Source: Guillardia theta CCMP2712 (Eukaryota; Protista; Cryptophyta). From it: 64,000 bases of DNA. The stretch is taken from positions 846,130 through 910,129 of the forward strand of contig NW_005434657.1 in assembly GCF_000315625.1 (NCBI RefSeq), given 5' to 3'. Below, piece after piece: positions 62,881-64,000 of the stretch. The position numbers and the translations under genes are program-made. The notes beneath the pieces are model-generated. The model was not told the origin of the DNA and made no database searches. It was given only the letters and a program-made list of their open reading frames with translations. Within the stretch, counting starts at the first letter, position 1. Each line of letters begins with the position of its first letter.

Positions 62881-63818
62881 GGCTCCGCACCAAATATTTT
62901 TACTCAAGTGCGACAGGCGGGGCGGTTACATTAAGTTACTTTTCGGTTATTATTTCATGCCTAAGACCGTTATGTAAGGGTACGTTTGTCAAAGGTGGAG
63001 AATTTCCCTACCCCCACCCCTAGATTCCATGACCTCGAGGAGGTGAAATCGGACTCATGGTGCCAGGGGTGACCCACCCCCAACTCTTTTTGAATACCCC
63101 CCACCCCATGCCATGAATCCCCTACCCCCGCCAACAATTGATCCCTAGGAATGGGCTGTGAGATCCAATTTTTTCATCAAATTCTACCAGTAAACTTCAA
63201 AACATTGCGAATTATTGATTACTATTGCAACACGAGCTGAGATTTGACGAGTACCCCTACCCTACGAGATATTTCTTCACCCCTTCACAGTATACCTCAC
63301 CCCAGGAACTTCCAGAGGGAGGGGCGCCAGGCGGGATGGCGAGGGAGCGTGAGCAGGAACTGTGAAGGGAAGACAGAGGATCAGGTGCGTGCAGTCAGTC
63401 TGCTTCTGAAGATTTGTTTCATCCTCCCTCGCTTCCTTTCCTGCCCTTCGTGATACCCAACCTTCTCTTCCTCTTCCACCATTTCCCACCGCTGCCGCTT
63501 GTTCCTTGCTGATGCGATGCCCCTGGTGTTTGTCGATTCTCTCTTTCTTCCTGTCCATTGTAGTGTTCCTCTTGTGAATTCGTTCTTTTTCTTGCAATGA
63601 ATTATCTCTCAATCCTGTTGTATGCTTGAAAAGAACAGAAGACATAGTTTTGACATGTTTTCCACGTGCTGCCTCCACTTACGTCACTCTCCAACTTGAC
63701 TATCCCCCCACCTTCTCAACCGGCATGCTGTCTGACTCTATGTTGACTTGCAGGTACATTCTCTGAAGTGCTTGGAGCCTGAAGGATTGGGGAAGGAACA
63801 CTTCTTCCATAAGCCATC

Positions 63819-64000
63819 ATGCTCACAGACAACTTTGAAACACATGCAAACCGTTTTCTTGATCCTGATCTTCCTGCCAAAGATCGACTTCAGCTGGCCC
63901 AGGAGATCAGGGAAAGCATTGAGATCGTTCAGACATCAGAGTATGGAAACTTTCTCCAGCATTTCGTGAAAGCATTCGACACATACCTTCGAGGAACGAG
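63819..64000 (+). CDS. TRRAP: TRRAP/Tra1 N-terminus (continues past the window end)
   Basis: MLTDNFETHANRFLDPDLPAKDRLQLAQEIRESIEIVQTSEYGNFLQHFVKAF resembles the Tra1/TRRAP N-terminus. The frame is open to the window end. Confidence 0.8.
   Translation, partial: MLTDNFETHANRFLDPDLPAKDRLQLAQEIRESIEIVQTSEYGNFLQHFVKAFDTYLRGT

Overview
This is eukaryotic nuclear DNA, not prokaryotic. It is gene-dense, has many GT-AG introns (either about 45-55 nt or expanded by purine/pyrimidine microsatellites), and has three N gaps. The style suggests a cryptophyte alga such as Guillardia theta; that is an inference I cannot verify here. I assembled about 22 genes by hand from exons. They include an archaeal-type cofactor-independent phosphoglycerate mutase, a histidine phosphatase, a HECT E3 ligase, a MEX-3-like KH protein, a mitochondrial carrier, NSUN5/Rcm1, a DA1-like LIM/Zn-peptidase, HEATR6, an Itc1/ACF1-like WAC-DDT protein, AATF/Bfr2 and the 5' end of TRRAP/Tra1. 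Four observations stand out. (1) Three signal-peptide proteins carry a ubiquitin-C-terminus mimic (LRLRGG, RLRGG, LRLKGG) just before a mature domain; in one case it sits in the linker of an apparent SP-DUF296-NSUN5 polyprotein, suggesting a DUB-like processing system for secretory/periplastid-targeted proteins. (2) A receptor-like type-I membrane HECT ligase. (3) A RING-LonN-DUF179(AlgH) fusion. (4) A family of CCGG-rich intergenic elements with shared exact motifs, mostly at GC/AT boundaries. Exon boundaries are manual predictions, and CDS coordinates span introns.
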